From NCBI GenBank assembly GCA_032718475.1, contig JAUCBJ010006272.1:46711-110710 (forward strand): a DNA stretch of 64,000 nucleotides, written 5' to 3'. The stretch comes from Nemertoderma westbladi. Lineage: Eukaryota > Animalia > Xenacoelomorpha. The position numbers and the translations under genes were made by a program. This document shows positions 25,842 through 38,225 of this stretch, in pieces. The stretch's first letter is position 1; each line of letters begins with the position of its first letter. The notes beneath the pieces were generated by a model, which worked only from the letters and a program-made list of their open reading frames with translations, was not told the origin of the DNA and searched no databases.

Positions 25842-26907
25842 GGATTTATGTACATACTCACTTCTTTATTCTGTGTCATATAATGCCAAGGAATTGATTG
25901 AATATTATTCGTCGAAAATAATTTTACTATATTACATGGCAAATAAACAGGGTTTTTTCTTGCTGTCCTCCAGAGCTATATTTCGCCAAGCGTGCTTTAA
26001 CGTGCGAGTTTACTGTTATACTTCAAGGGGTCATAAGTTAATAAAGCTGCTTGTTTATTTTTTACATAAATTGTAATTCACAGAATCACCTTAATTCCCT
26101 TATTGCTTTTTTTTTTAACTCCACTTACAATCTGTAAGCGATTCTCCCGATAGATGTTTACGCAATCACCGCTTGTCAAGGATCTCCTGGTATACACAGT
26201 ACCACAGTAGGCCGGCCTACTGTAAAATTAATTAACAATATTATATATCGTATATTGCTTTAGTTCAACCACTGGCAGTGTAGTACATACAGGAGTGCTT
26301 AAGTTAAATTATTTTTAATAATTATATCAAAAACATTTGCATCAGGCCATCAAGAAATTGACTTTTTATCTAATAATTATTGTCATTGAGGTTTTAAATT
26401 CATATATTTTTAAACGCTGTATTGTATTGTAATGTAATGCACAAAAGACAAACCATTAAGTGTGCACATTGATAGTTTATTTTCTTTCCTGTTAAAAAAT
26501 GTATTATTTTTAATAGATTTAAGCCATGGGAATGGCAGATATTTAATAACTAGTCCTTCAGTATAATAATATAAAAGTATAATATAAAAGATTTGTTGAA
26601 AGTGAAAAATTTTCGCTTGATTTTGTAGATCAACCGTGTCGTGTTTAGTAAAAAAGTTATTGCATCTCTAAAATAACTACTACTGCTGGGTCGAGCGAAC
26701 TCGGACAAAAACTACTAGAAATTGTAGCGGTATGTTGTTATGTACTCTTTCGTACTACCATTATTGTACTTGTGACTGGGACTGAGTAATTGGGAAATGA
26801 AATATATGCTGTCAGTCCATTTCCGTCACCGTAAGCCTTCAAGCATACACCTAAACATAGCTTTGGCTTCTGTATATTTTGTGCGTGAAATATTTTGCCA
26901 AGGCTAA

Positions 26908-27338
26908 CACGACGGTCTCCACCGGCGGGGGGCATGGGGTGGTGATTATATACACGGTCTCCACCGGCGGGGGGCATGGGATGGTGATTATATACACGGT
27001 CTCCACCGGCGGGGGGCATGGGATGGTGATTATATACACGGTCTCCACCGGCGGGGGGCATGGGATGGTGATTATATACACGGTCTCCACCGGCGGGGGG
27101 CATGGGATGGTGATTATATACACGGTCTCCACCGGCGGGGGGCATGGGATGGTGATTATATACACGGTCTCCACCGGCGGGGGGGGGCATGGGATGGTGA
27201 TTATATACACGGTCTCCACCGGCGGGGGGGGGGGGCATGGGATGGTGATTATATACACGGTCTCCACCGGCGGGGGGCATGGGATGGTGATTATATACAC
27301 GGTCTCCACCGGCGGGGGGCATGGGATGGTGATTATAT
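26908..27338. repeat. 42-bp minisatellite, about 10 copies
   Basis: Unit TATACACGGTCTCCACCGGCGGGGGGCATGGGATGGTGATTA with a variable G-run. Confidence 0.95.
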
Positions 27339-28367
27339 CAAGTGAAACCTTTTCACAACTTGGGATTAGATACCCGCTGATTCCTGGTTTGATGAGAATG
27401 CATTCGGTTAAATGGAACTCCATTAATCACAACATCAGTTCCATTTTCGTTCCCACATTTTTCCGACAAGCACATGCTGTGATCTCTCCCTAATTGTATT
27501 AATGAAACACACACAGTACGACCTCCCACTAACCAAAGTTGCTTGAAATAAACTAATTAAAACAAGTAAAGCTTCAAAATTCCAAGATAAACCCGTTTCA
27601 AAAATTAAATTTAATCTCTGCTGGCCTCACAGGTAATAATCAACAACGTACACAATCACAAACAGTCAGTTTTCACGGACACTTAGACAGTGTAAGGTTA
27701 ACTTTAATAATCATAACTTTTGAAACTACATTAGCTATTATCAAACGGTTTTTAAGTTTTGAAATCCTCGTAAAATTTGCACAAGAGACAAGAGGGGATT
27801 GAAAATTAAAAATAGATTTTTTTCGTTTTTTTTTTTCGTTTTTTTTTTTTTTTTTCCGGAATAGGGCGGGTCGCTAGTACTGTACCCCCATGTAAGAAGA
27901 TAGAGACTGTGTCTGGTCACGCACAATACGGTCACCCTTGTCCCTCCCTGTCTGTCTTGATATATGTAAGACTCATCAAAGGCTGTTCATATTTCGTCCC
28001 CTCCCATCTCCCACTAATATTAAACTGTTAATCTCAGATAGGGGGCCTTTCGACACAATAACAGCTGATAACTGTAACCTGTTCTATTGCCTTATGTTTA
28101 TTATTTTGGTTAGAATAACGTACCACTGTAACCTGACATGCTACTTTCCCGAAATATATAATTTAGCATTCAGGCGAGATATTAATTCGCCGAGATGGAT
28201 GATATTTCGAATCTGAAAAATGGAAACTTTCACCAATACCAGGATAATATTGGTGACACCGTACCTCGTCAAATAAATCTAATAGAAAAAGTCATTAATA
28301 TTATTATTATTTAAACTTTAATATTATTATTATTTAAACTTTAATATTATTTATTTTAATTTCTAAG

Positions 28368-29317
28368 GTGATTAGCGCAACTGGAAGACACAGGTCGAGC
28401 TCAGGAGGAAAAACTCTAAACCGCGCGAGTTTCATATTCAAATTACCCCTTATGAAATCACGACGGGAATCGCAAACTAAAATGAGTGTCATTAACCGGC
28501 CGCGTACTACCGGTACCGGTACCGACGATGAATCGGACGACACTCGATCCAAGTCGCCGTTGAACCTCCGTCTACACGACCTAACCGCTGCTCTACGCAC
28601 CGGTACGCCGGTGACACCTGCGGCATCGCGGGAACTGGACCTACCAGTAGCGGAGGAAACGCAGGTGTTGTTACAGGAAACCCGAGATAATTGCCAAACA
28701 GTCGTACATCCTATAAAACCATTCACTCTCCAACAAATAACGCCAGTCTCCGCCGATTCATTTGAACAAACTTCGATTTTACCTGCAAGGAGAGCTGGGG
28801 TACAAAGATCTCAGACGGACGGTAGAATATCTTATCTTCCCAACAGTAATATAAATAGACGTAATATGACGCAATCAGGCCTAGGGTCTGTATCCGATCC
28901 GGAGATAGCAAAAGATCGTGTGAACAGCGCCACCGTGTATAGTAGTCATGGTGATCTGCTCGACAATGACGTCACCAATCTACGAGGGTGCGATGGTGGC
29001 TCGAGTGGGGGGAGCAGATTCCTTATAGACAAGATCGCAAAATCCCCGCGATCTAACATGGGAGATAAATTTGCTCAGGTGTTTAGTCTAGGGGACGATG
29101 GCAGACTGCCGGAATATAAACTGAAAACCCCTCGTATAAACAGATGGACTATCCTTCACTACTCTCCCTTCAAGGCGGTATGGGACTGGATTATTCTACT
29201 ATTGGTTATTTACACTGCCGTGGTTACTCCGTATATGGCGGCATTTGTTCTAAATAATGTGGAGAAAGCTCATATGGACAACCAAGATCCAACAACAACT
29301 TCGGACCCCAATCTCAG
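28368..29317 (+). CDS. KCNH2: ERG-type K+ channel, coding exon 3 (proximal N-terminus and S1 helix)
   Basis: Acceptor ttctaag at 28367, phase 0. [56 protein letters not shown] is nearly identical to the ERG S1 region. Donor AG|GTAAAT at 29317/29318. Confidence 0.93.
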
Positions 29318-29899
29318 GTAAATAATGCTTAATGACACAATGTAATTACTTTGTAATACGTTTTAATTTCTACACCCCCACTTGCGATTCTTTAAAGTTC
29401 TAACCACTTTTTTATCCTAACTACTGTACGTTTGTTATCGCTACATAATTAATATTTTATAATATTACTAATATTACTAATCCACATTCATGATTAGGAT
29501 TTGCAGTGTACTAATTTCAATCGTATTATTAAATGTTACAACGAATATTGAGACTTCAAATAGTTAATGCTTCTGATTATTACTGTATTTTCGTGTATAT
29601 TATTTTTCTTACTGTAGTTCTGATAGTACAGTAGTAGGCATAATGCTGTACTATATATTATAAATAAGTAATACTGTATTTAGTGATATTAGTGATATTA
29701 CTTGTTTTTATAACTAGTCAGTAAAATTTATAAATATGTTAGAATTATTCATTATTATTCCTGCTATATATTTATACATCAATATATCAACTGGAGCTAA
29801 TATAGGTAGGTACAGTAGTACCGGTAGGTACATTAGTACCGGTAGGTAATTGCTTTCAGTTTTATATATAGCCGCAATCAATTAATATGTGATTCTATT

Positions 29900-30150
29900 T
29901 AAGCAGCAGCTTGGTCTTGGAGTGACATCCCTGGGCTTCCAATTGGAAACCCTGGTTCGATCCCTAGGTTGGGCAGCACTGTTTCGACATAGTACTTTAA
30001 ATGCTGCAGCCTAGCCCATCCCTGGTTTTCATCCTTCAGTGGTCGATAATTGGGAACCAAGGGAACTTGGGAAACAGAGTGGAAGGGTTTACTGTGTAAG
30101 ATCACCCATGGTGGTGAACAGGCATCATTCATTGGCCTAATGAGCCTAAA
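29900..30150 (+). mobile_element. tRNA-derived SINE with a Deu/Nin-like core
   Basis: B-box GGTTCGATCCC at ~29954. Downstream CATCCTTCAGTGGTCGATAATTGGGAACCA resembles the conserved Deu/Nin SINE core. Confidence 0.5.
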
Positions 30151-31569
30151 AGATTCTCCAATTCTAATTAATAATATTTAATACATACAGTAGGCCTACT
30201 ACTACAGTCCCAATCCCAATAAACATTAACTTGGTCATTTTGGCGGCCAAAACGACCAAAATGGCCAAATATAAATTGCGGCATTCATGAAAGGAACTTC
30301 TGAGACAAGTTGGCTTGTCAATCACAGCCAGTGAATAGAGTAAAGCCCAGGATGTTGGCAGATAGAAAAAGACTTCGATTTCCGGACATTCCCTCCCCAA
30401 CCCCCCCCCCCCCCCCGGACAGTTCCGTTCCGTTCGAGTAGGACACTACTCTTTTAATAATTTCGCACGTTTATTTTTCATTTTGTAAGGTAAACATAGA
30501 ACATTTTTATTTCAATATTTTCTTGACACTTTATTAACCTCGCTCGCACACGGTAAATATAATGCCTCGAGAATTAATAGTGAAAACATTTTAACTTTTT
30601 TTCCCATGTAATAAATAATTATTGTGTTTTATCTGTGTATCTGCGTTGAATATTATTAATATATTGATAATTAATTTCGCTGGAGTTAATTAGAAGTTCG
30701 CTGGATTTAATATTATTTACCGTGGCTCAGGAGAGGTGTGATGGCTGTGTAAGGTCATGTGTGAATCATACTTGGGCCTATATGGTGAGTGTGCATGGAG
30801 GGGGGGATTAGTAGATAATTAGGAATGTGAATCCTGTTTTCATTTTTTGAAACTGGACGCTAGTGGCCTTGCATGTTTTCACGTGACATACATAGAATAC
30901 AGGCAAAAATACATAGAAATAAGCCCAACGCTAACAATTAACACATGTACACATAATATGAACTATACAAGAAGGTACTGTTTCTCCTGTTCAAAGCAAA
31001 ATCTAGTCATGAATACTTTTTCACTGTAACTCGTAACTCAACCAATTGGTCATTTTTCGAAGAAATCCTACATGGGCATTTTGGAGCTAACCCGCCACTA
31101 CTGCTTGGCTCACTGGAAGTGTATTTAGGTAAAGCTCTATTGTAGGCTGTGGCTCTGTTTAAGCTTAGCTGAGCCAAGACGACAGACATTAGGATGGGAA
31201 CACGAACACACCATATTATCCTTCCCCTATTCATTTCAATGGTAGCCAGCTTGTCTTTCCCGCACTGGGGGTAGACCATTGCCATTGGTTAGCTGTATGC
31301 TATTGTAATACAAAGAGAGCGGCAGGATAAAGAGAAATGCCGACCTCACTAATAATGGGCTGGTCCCACAGGCCACTTTAAGGTAGGTGGTACAGTAGGT
31401 ACTACAGTTAACATGTTCAAGGGCGGCAGTCCCTCGTCGCTAGCCCATAGTATGTCATGGAGTTCCTGTAGTAGTTTCAGACGCTTTCACTCAGTATCCT
31501 AGTGTCCAGGAAGTTGGGAGTTGAGTGTGGGTGGGTGGATTGGTGGCCCCCACGCAACACTGCAGTGTC

Positions 31570-31960
31570 GGGTGACTAGAAAACAAAGACCAACGACTCA
31601 AATAATAAAGACCTGTACAAATACAAAACACATGTGTTAACTTTCGTTTATTGTTTTAGTTCCCCAACACGCCTCTGTAACCTGCTTCTTTACTAACCTG
31701 CTCCTTTAAATGGCAATGTGACCTCACGCTCTCTGGCAATGGGACCTAAAGCTCTTTGGATTCTAACGCTCTTTGGGACGTAACGCGACTTTACCTCTTT
31801 GCTTTGTACAGGTCACAATGAGCGTTATGTACCATTGCTATTTAAAGGAGCAGGTTAGTAAAGGAGCAAGTTACAGCATTCAAAACAATTAACGAAAGTT
31901 AACACATGTAACAAGATTATGCAGGTCTTTATAATTGGGTCTTTGTTTTGTAGTCACCCC
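31570..31960. repeat. Long imperfect palindrome (MITE-like) nested in the TIR element
   Basis: GGGTGACTAGAAAACAAAGACC...TTTACTAACCTGCTCCTTTAAA is mirrored by TTTAAAGGAGCAGGTTAGTAAA...GGTCTTTGTTTTGTAGTCACCC. Confidence 0.75.
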
Positions 31961-32004
31961 GCAGTGTCCGCGAATTATACATTGTAAAAAAAATTATTTA
32001 AAAA

Positions 32005-32125
32005 AGGGACGTTCATAAATTAATTTCGGGACGTCCATAAGTTAATTTCGGGACGTCCATAAGTTAATTTCGGGAAGTCCATATAGTTAATTTCGGGACG
32101 TCCATAATTTAATTTCGGGACGTTC
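32005..32125. repeat. 22-bp tandem repeat, about 5 copies
   Basis: TTAATTTCGGGACGTCCATAAG units. Confidence 0.85.
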
Positions 32126-33944
32126 AGATTATTATACATACTCCTCCTATAACGAAGCCCCATTCAACTCCTTTTATAAGACTGTGTACTCTATCAATGC
32201 CTCAGTGGGCGGACTCCAGTACTGCAAGGCTCAGCGCGGGGTAAGTTAACAATCTGTCAATAATAAAAATGAAAGCGAGCCGACATTTAGTCAGATCCAC
32301 CAAATGGATGGCCAAGGAGACAGACTGTCTGGATTGAGCTGATTCGAGTTAAATCGCTTCGCCAAAACGACCAAGTAGCCCATAGGAATACACTACATTT
32401 TGTGATGATTTTGGTCATTTTGGCCGCCAAAACGACCAAGTTAATGTTTATTGGGATTGGGACTGTACTGGACACTGTTAAGTTCCCAGTCATAATGAAA
32501 CAAAATTACATTCATAATTGTGTGCAAAGGTCAATTTTCAGCGTTAAACATTTTCACAAAACAATACTTGGTTACCGGAAATTTTGGAAGAAATTCCTAA
32601 AAGAAGACCCTTGTTTATTTATGTAAACCTCCCTCGCTGCGCTCGCTCGGTACATAAATAAACTCAGGTCATAACGCTGCAAAATGCTACTTTGCACACA
32701 ATATTATGTAAATGTAGTTAATATATCTTGGTTTACTGTCTGAGTCATTGGAGGGAGATCAGAAGCTACAGTATTATCTACTGTAGCTTATGGAGGCATC
32801 ACCCAATTTTGGCTCTTTATGAATAGCACTGATTCGTGGATACGGAGTTGTGGTGAAGATCTCCGAATTCGCAAGTGAAAGCCTGGTCTACCACCCGCAA
32901 GCTATCCGGGTCTGGTATTGCTGTCGTGCTCTTTAAAGGTGCTTTTTTTCCGTGCAGCAATATGGAGCCTATGCTGCTCTATGGACTATGGCAACCCATG
33001 CTGGGCCACCAAGGTCTATGGATAGTGCATATACTGTACCAGGATGCTGCGCAGGGTTCTCAACATTGCCTTTGACGCACACATATGCAATGAAGTCTTA
33101 TACAACTATGGCAACATTTCATTGCCAAGACACAGCATCACCCTGCAGAGAGGCCGCCTGAAGCCTGCTCGACACTGTTTTCGCCGGCAAGATCAACCTG
33201 TACTGTAGAGCCTACACAACCTTGTGCCGTGTCAGTCTGCTATGGTAAGAAGATACGTAATGGACAGCCAATGACTCTCAAACGCGTGCTCAAGAACACG
33301 AATTAGAACATGAGTGAACTAGGAAAGTAAGTATCGCTTACCGCGAGATCTTACTGGGTCCACCGTCACTGCACCTTAGTGCAGCTAGGCTATTATCAAC
33401 ATCAGCTACCATAATAAAAATTTGTTGCGTTGAAATGAATGTTTTATTTAAAAAAAATACACAAAAAAAATTTTCGCAACATGTTCTACTATCACTACTA
33501 GCTCGTGCTCATCATCATATGCTGTTCAGTTGCGGGAGTTCTTAATTTTCAATTTCATCAGTAACAAATTTTTATCAAGATTTCAAATCTGAACACCGTT
33601 TAGCAAGATCTGGGTTTCTGAAGGTTTGACTGTCCGTCATTCTGTCCCCAAAACAATAGAAGGCATGTCTAAAAAAGACAGATAGTCTGATTACTTGCTC
33701 AGTGACTTAGTTTCCAATCTCAGTTTTATAATTTGGCGTCGACGTTTATGTCTGTACCGTATGTCTGTCAGTCTGTCCGTCAAACTATTACCGTCAATCT
33801 GACAGCCAAACAGACAATTAGTAAATTATCAAATGTGAAAATAAATGACCACTCGAAATTAATTCTGCGATCAGGAAACCCCATAGCTAAACTTTTTGCT
33901 AGATGGTGTGCCCTTTTTCAGCGACTAGGAAACCCGCATTTCAA

Positions 33945-35402
33945 TAGACATGTACCGAAAAACAAGAGTCCCACAAGAAATGAAAACAAATAAGTTGGTG
34001 CCAGTTTCCAAGAAGGGCTACCTAACACTCTATGGTTCTTTTCGGGGAATCTCATTGATCTCGATTGCTGCAAAGCTATACAATAGAATTCTATTAAATC
34101 GCATCAGGGATCCCATTGAGAGACTGCTCCGTGGAAATCAGAATGGGTTCCGTAAAGGTCGTGGGACCATGGAACCCACTTTGGCTCTTAGAAGGATAAT
34201 TGAAGATTTATCAAAAAAGAAAGACAGGCATCTGGCTGTTATCTTTGTTGACTTCTTCAAGGCCTTTGATTCAGTATCCCGCTCACGTATGTTCAGCTTA
34301 CTTTCATTATATGGGATTCCTGATGAAATTATTGCAGCAATCAGATCAGTATACGATGGTTCGACAACATTTGTGTCTACTGTTGATGGTGACACAGAAC
34401 CATTTGAAGTGTTATGAGGCGTCCTCCAGGGAGACACACTTGCACCATTCTTGTTCATAATTGTGGTTGACTATGTTCTACGCATGTCCTTAGATCATCA
34501 TAAAGATGATGGGGTGATGATAACTCCACCTACTGGCTCCAGAAGTCGAGGAAATCCTGCCAAGTACCTAACTGATCTAGACTTTGCTGATGACTTAGGA
34601 GTACTCTCAGAATCACTAGAGGGAGCCCAACGGCTCCTCAGCTCATTAGAACATGCTGCTTCTAGTGTTGGTCTTTTTATTAACTCCAGAAAGATCAAAA
34701 TTTTGACAGTTAACTTTGAAAGTTCTCAGCAAGTCTCTCATCGGATGAGCATAAGCTCAAAGGATGGTATGCTTGAGCATGTGGACGACTTCTGTTACCT
34801 GGGATCATGGATCTGGAAGTCAGGTGAGGACCTTCGAATACGTAAGGGAAAGGCATGGGCAGCCTTGAATAGGCTTTCCAGGATTTGGAAGTCACCGAGA
34901 ATTAATCGGAAACTTAAGGTCCGATTATTTAGAGCAGCAGTAGTTCCAGTACTCCTCTATGGGAGTCCATGCTGGGCTCTAACTGCTGAGGATACCAAAT
35001 CTCTGGATGGCACATTCACAAGAATGCTACGCCGGGTTCATTGTGTCAAGTACAATGCACACATCTCCAACCAGACACTATATAACATTGGAGGTGTCTC
35101 ATTGGTTCCCCCAAGCTTGACACTAGAACAAAATCGCCCCCGCTTTGCAGGACATTGCTTTCGCCGTGAGGACCAGCCAGTGTATAATCTTGTACTTTGG
35201 CAGCCTCATGGAGTGAATAAGCATGGTGGACAGCCCATGACTTTCTTGAGACGCATCTTAAAGGACACTGGTCTTGAAGATGCGGATGATCTAGCAAATG
35301 TCATGGGTGATAGGGAGTTGTGGCGGCGCAATTTTGTCGACATGCCGGCACAGCATTCTTAAAAATGCAGCTGCAATGCAGCATGCAGATACTAGTAGTA
35401 GT
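33945..35402 (+). mobile_element. 5'-truncated RTE-like LINE (RT and 3' end)
   Basis: FRGISL, QNGFRKGRGT, FVDFFKAFDSV, QGDTLAPFLF, DFADD and FCYLGS motifs, with an in-frame TGA at 34415 and a (TAG)n tail at ~35393. Near-identical to 62147-63388. Confidence 0.92.
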
Positions 35403-36074
35403 TCTTTTAGCTACATACTGTATATATTGATAGACATTCTTAACAGTCAGAATTATCAGTCATTTTTTGCGCGGGAAGGTTTAAACTTTAAAGGCAATTA
35501 TCAGGGAGTGGCATTTCTACTACTCCGCCAATTTTCTACCAATTTGTACATTTTTGGTATAATACAGCAGATCTATATATATATATATGCAATAATACAA
35601 TTCGAGCAGATTTTCTAGTTTTGCCAATATTCGTCTGTTATACAGTACTGCACCTTGTTTACAAAGAATACGGAACTTTTTTTAAAAAGTTGAAATTTAT
35701 TTTATAAAATAGCGGTATTTTCCTTGAAAAGCTCAAACTTTTCATGCAAAAATAGAAATGGGAACGATTGACGCAGTTTGAGTGCCGTAAATCAAACGAA
35801 ACTGTCCGTCATTACCTTTCCCCTATCCAACAGACCTGCAGTACCGGTACTAATAACAATCCCAATATAGGCCTACAGTAATGTCTGAAAATAGCGCCCC
35901 AAAATAGCGACTGAAATATAATAAAATGCACGGGTGAGTGAGTGAAGAACAACAGTACTGTAGTACTGGTTTTGATTTTGAGGCACCAAATACAGTAGGT
36001 GGTACAGTAGCTAACCTTGAATTTTAATAAGGTACTTTACCATTTACATCCTGTAGGTTTTATTTTGAGAACAT

Positions 36075-37874
36075 ATGTTGCTTCCATCTATAATGGAACG
36101 GGAGTTAAACGTTAAACCTTCTGATTTAGTTCCAGGAGTTGAACCGACGGGATATGGTAATGATGCAATCGTTGTGGATAATCAGGTAACAGCCGACGAC
36201 TCTAAAGAATGGGATATGTGCCGAATTCATCATTTAAACAAACGTCATTATTGCGATGGTTGCGTATCAATTGTGTGCCGTCAATGCCATTATGTTGACA
36301 ATGTTTCCAAAGATCACGAGGTATCTTATGCCACTGAAGTCTGCCACTCCCTCAGAGGAAACTTAGAACAGGACTCATTGAAACCCAGATTGCGATTGGC
36401 AAAACATTTATTGGTGTTAGATGGAGTTCTGGAAGATTTGAACGATGCAGCTAAAGCTTGTACTGCTGACATCAGGAAAGACTTCGAATATTTATTCAGC
36501 GAAGTAAAAGATGCAGAAGATAAAAGATTAAAGGAAATTCACTATTTAAAGAGCAAAATGGTTTCTAAAATAACGAAAGCAAGGGAACATCTAGGTAACA
36601 TAGATGTTCCTAGTGACATTGAACCGTATATGGAGAAAACTAATTCAGAGTTACTGAATGAAATAGCAGAAGTCAAGAACTTATTGAAAAAATTTAAAGA
36701 TATCGATCAACAGATTACGGAAGTGGAAAGGGTTGGCGTGCAGCAATTGCGATACATTTCGGTAGATAAAGCGACATTACCGAATGCCTTGATGGGGGTT
36801 ATTGGTCGAATAATAATTAGCAGCGATGGGGGAGATGATGTAGTGGTCCCAGTAGATGAAGCATATAGTATGTTAGATCCAGGAGAAGAACTTGTTGAGG
36901 TGGTGGAACAGTTTCACATCCACCAATACGAGAAGGTTTTATCAGAAGATCCAAAAATAATGGAAACTTGTCAAATAGACTGCAGGAAAACAGGAATCCT
37001 TGAGGTTGGCCCCATTGCAGGTAGTTACGAGGGTATCCTGGGGATAACCGACTCATTATCCAACCGCATTTTATTTTACAAGATAAACGAAGACAATGGT
37101 TCAATGAATCTTCAAGGGACACCAGTGACTTTACATTCCGATTGCAGCTCCTCAAAGAAACATATTAAATTTTTAGACCGCCGTTACAATAGAGTCAGCT
37201 CTACCTATAGGCACTACTGGATCGCAGCTACCGAAGAATGCGTCTTCGTTATAGACAGAGAAGCTACTGGTGGCGGCACAGTCAAACATTTGTGCCTCGG
37301 TAATGAAACATATAGAGGTCAAGCGATAGGATCTATAGTCGGTATCACTACTTACAGTGGGTCTTATTTGCTAACGAGCAACAATAATGTAATTCTATTG
37401 GACCCATGTGAATGTTCGATTTGTTGGATATCTTGCCTTAATTCGCCGGGTATGTTCATTAGTCCTCGGTTTGGGTATGGCAGTTTCACTGTTGGTTTAT
37501 ATGAACCCATCAAACAGACAGTATCGATCTGTCAATGTAAGTCTATTGGCTACAAACCCAATATGTCTCTGGTATTGGAAACAACGCGTTCTATTCTAGA
37601 TTGTGGTAACTCTGCGCCTATTGGGGTAGTTGAAACTCTCTGGAAAGGAAGCCGAATGTCGCATTTCGTACTTCCAATCGAAGAAGATGATAAACATTTT
37701 CTCGGAATTTATAAACGGATTGAAGAAGTAGGAAAGAAAGTAGCTCGATTGGCTGTGTTACCAGTGAACGGGTTCGGTGGGACGGCTACAGTTGTGAAGG
37801 ATGGAGCAAGCATTCCAAAGGGTATATTCCTGTTTGAAACTGGAAACAACTGCTTAGTTTATCTTAAGTTCTGA
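36075..37874 (+). CDS. RING-less TRIM-like protein (B-box, coiled coil, probable NHL-like beta-propeller), 599 aa
   Basis: Intact ATG-to-TGA ORF. B-box2-like CRIH...YCDGCVSIVCRQC...DHEV, then about 150 aa of helical heptads and a beta-rich C-terminus. Possible 5'UTR intron 35934-36056 (GTGAGT...CTGTAG). Confidence 0.8.
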   Translation: MLLPSIMERELNVKPSDLVPGVEPTGYGNDAIVVDNQVTADDSKEWDMCRIHHLNKRHYCDGCVSIVCRQCHYVDNVSKDHEVSYATEVCHSLRGNLEQDSLKPRLRLAKHLLVLDGVLEDLNDAAKACTADIRKDFEYLFSEVKDAEDKRLKEIHYLKSKMVSKITKAREHLGNIDVPSDIEPYMEKTNSELLNEIAEVKNLLKKFKDIDQQITEVERVGVQQLRYISVDKATLPNALMGVIGRIIISSDGGDDVVVPVDEAYSMLDPGEELVEVVEQFHIHQYEKVLSEDPKIMETCQIDCRKTGILEVGPIAGSYEGILGITDSLSNRILFYKINEDNGSMNLQGTPVTLHSDCSSSKKHIKFLDRRYNRVSSTYRHYWIAATEECVFVIDREATGGGTVKHLCLGNETYRGQAIGSIVGITTYSGSYLLTSNNNVILLDPCECSICWISCLNSPGMFISPRFGYGSFTVGLYEPIKQTVSICQCKSIGYKPNMSLVLETTRSILDCGNSAPIGVVETLWKGSRMSHFVLPIEEDDKHFLGIYKRIEEVGKKVARLAVLPVNGFGGTATVVKDGASIPKGIFLFETGNNCLVYLKF

Positions 37875-37945
37875 TTGATACAACACAAATATAATAAGTA
37901 GGCCTACACAGTAGAACACCATGTCCAGGAATAATTGTCGTAAAT

Positions 37946-38225
37946 ATATAATGTAGATAGGACAATATGATAATGCTCTCCATAGCGAAAAATATCAACC
38001 GGCCCTATTGGGGCTCGAACCCGGTACCTTTTCATCCGGTCTGGTAGCTCAGTACAGTCACCCGGCTGATGATAACCAGAAGTTTGAAACCTAGGTACCG
38101 GGTTCGAGCCCCAATAGGGCCGGTTGATATTTTTCGCTATGGAGAGCATTATCATATTGTCCTATCTACATTATATATTTAATTCACCGTCACTCACCCC
38201 ACAACAATTCATTTATTATTAAAAA
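37946..38225 (+). mobile_element. Fold-back retro-insertion with tRNA-like boxes and a hammerhead ribozyme
   Basis: 88-bp perfect inverted arms (37942-38029 and 38093-38180) and a 10-bp direct repeat TGTCGTAAAT (37936-37945, 38226-38235). Confidence 0.75.
38060..38103 (+). ncRNA. Type-I hammerhead ribozyme motif
   Basis: ACCCGG-CTGATGA-T-AAC-CAGAA-GTT-T-GAAA-C-CTAG-GTA-CCGGGT: 6-bp stem I, intact CUGAUGA/GAAA core, palindromic stem III and a GUA cleavage triplet. The first stem-II pair is U.U. Confidence 0.72.

Larger units (their letters stand above)
30205..32465. mobile_element. Non-autonomous Tc1/mariner-like TIR element
   Basis: About 60-bp inverted termini CAGTCCCAATCCCAATAAACATTAACTTGGTC... 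and ...GACCAAGTTAATGTTTATTGGGATTGGGACTG, each flanked by TA. No transposase ORF. Confidence 0.75.

Noticed and set aside
26738-27493. Three overlapping repetitive ORFs
   Set aside because: Translation of the 42-bp minisatellite, with no splice or domain support.
38035-38125. A functional tRNA gene
   Set aside because: The D-arm is incomplete and the anticodon arm is replaced by the hammerhead. It is tRNA-derived only.
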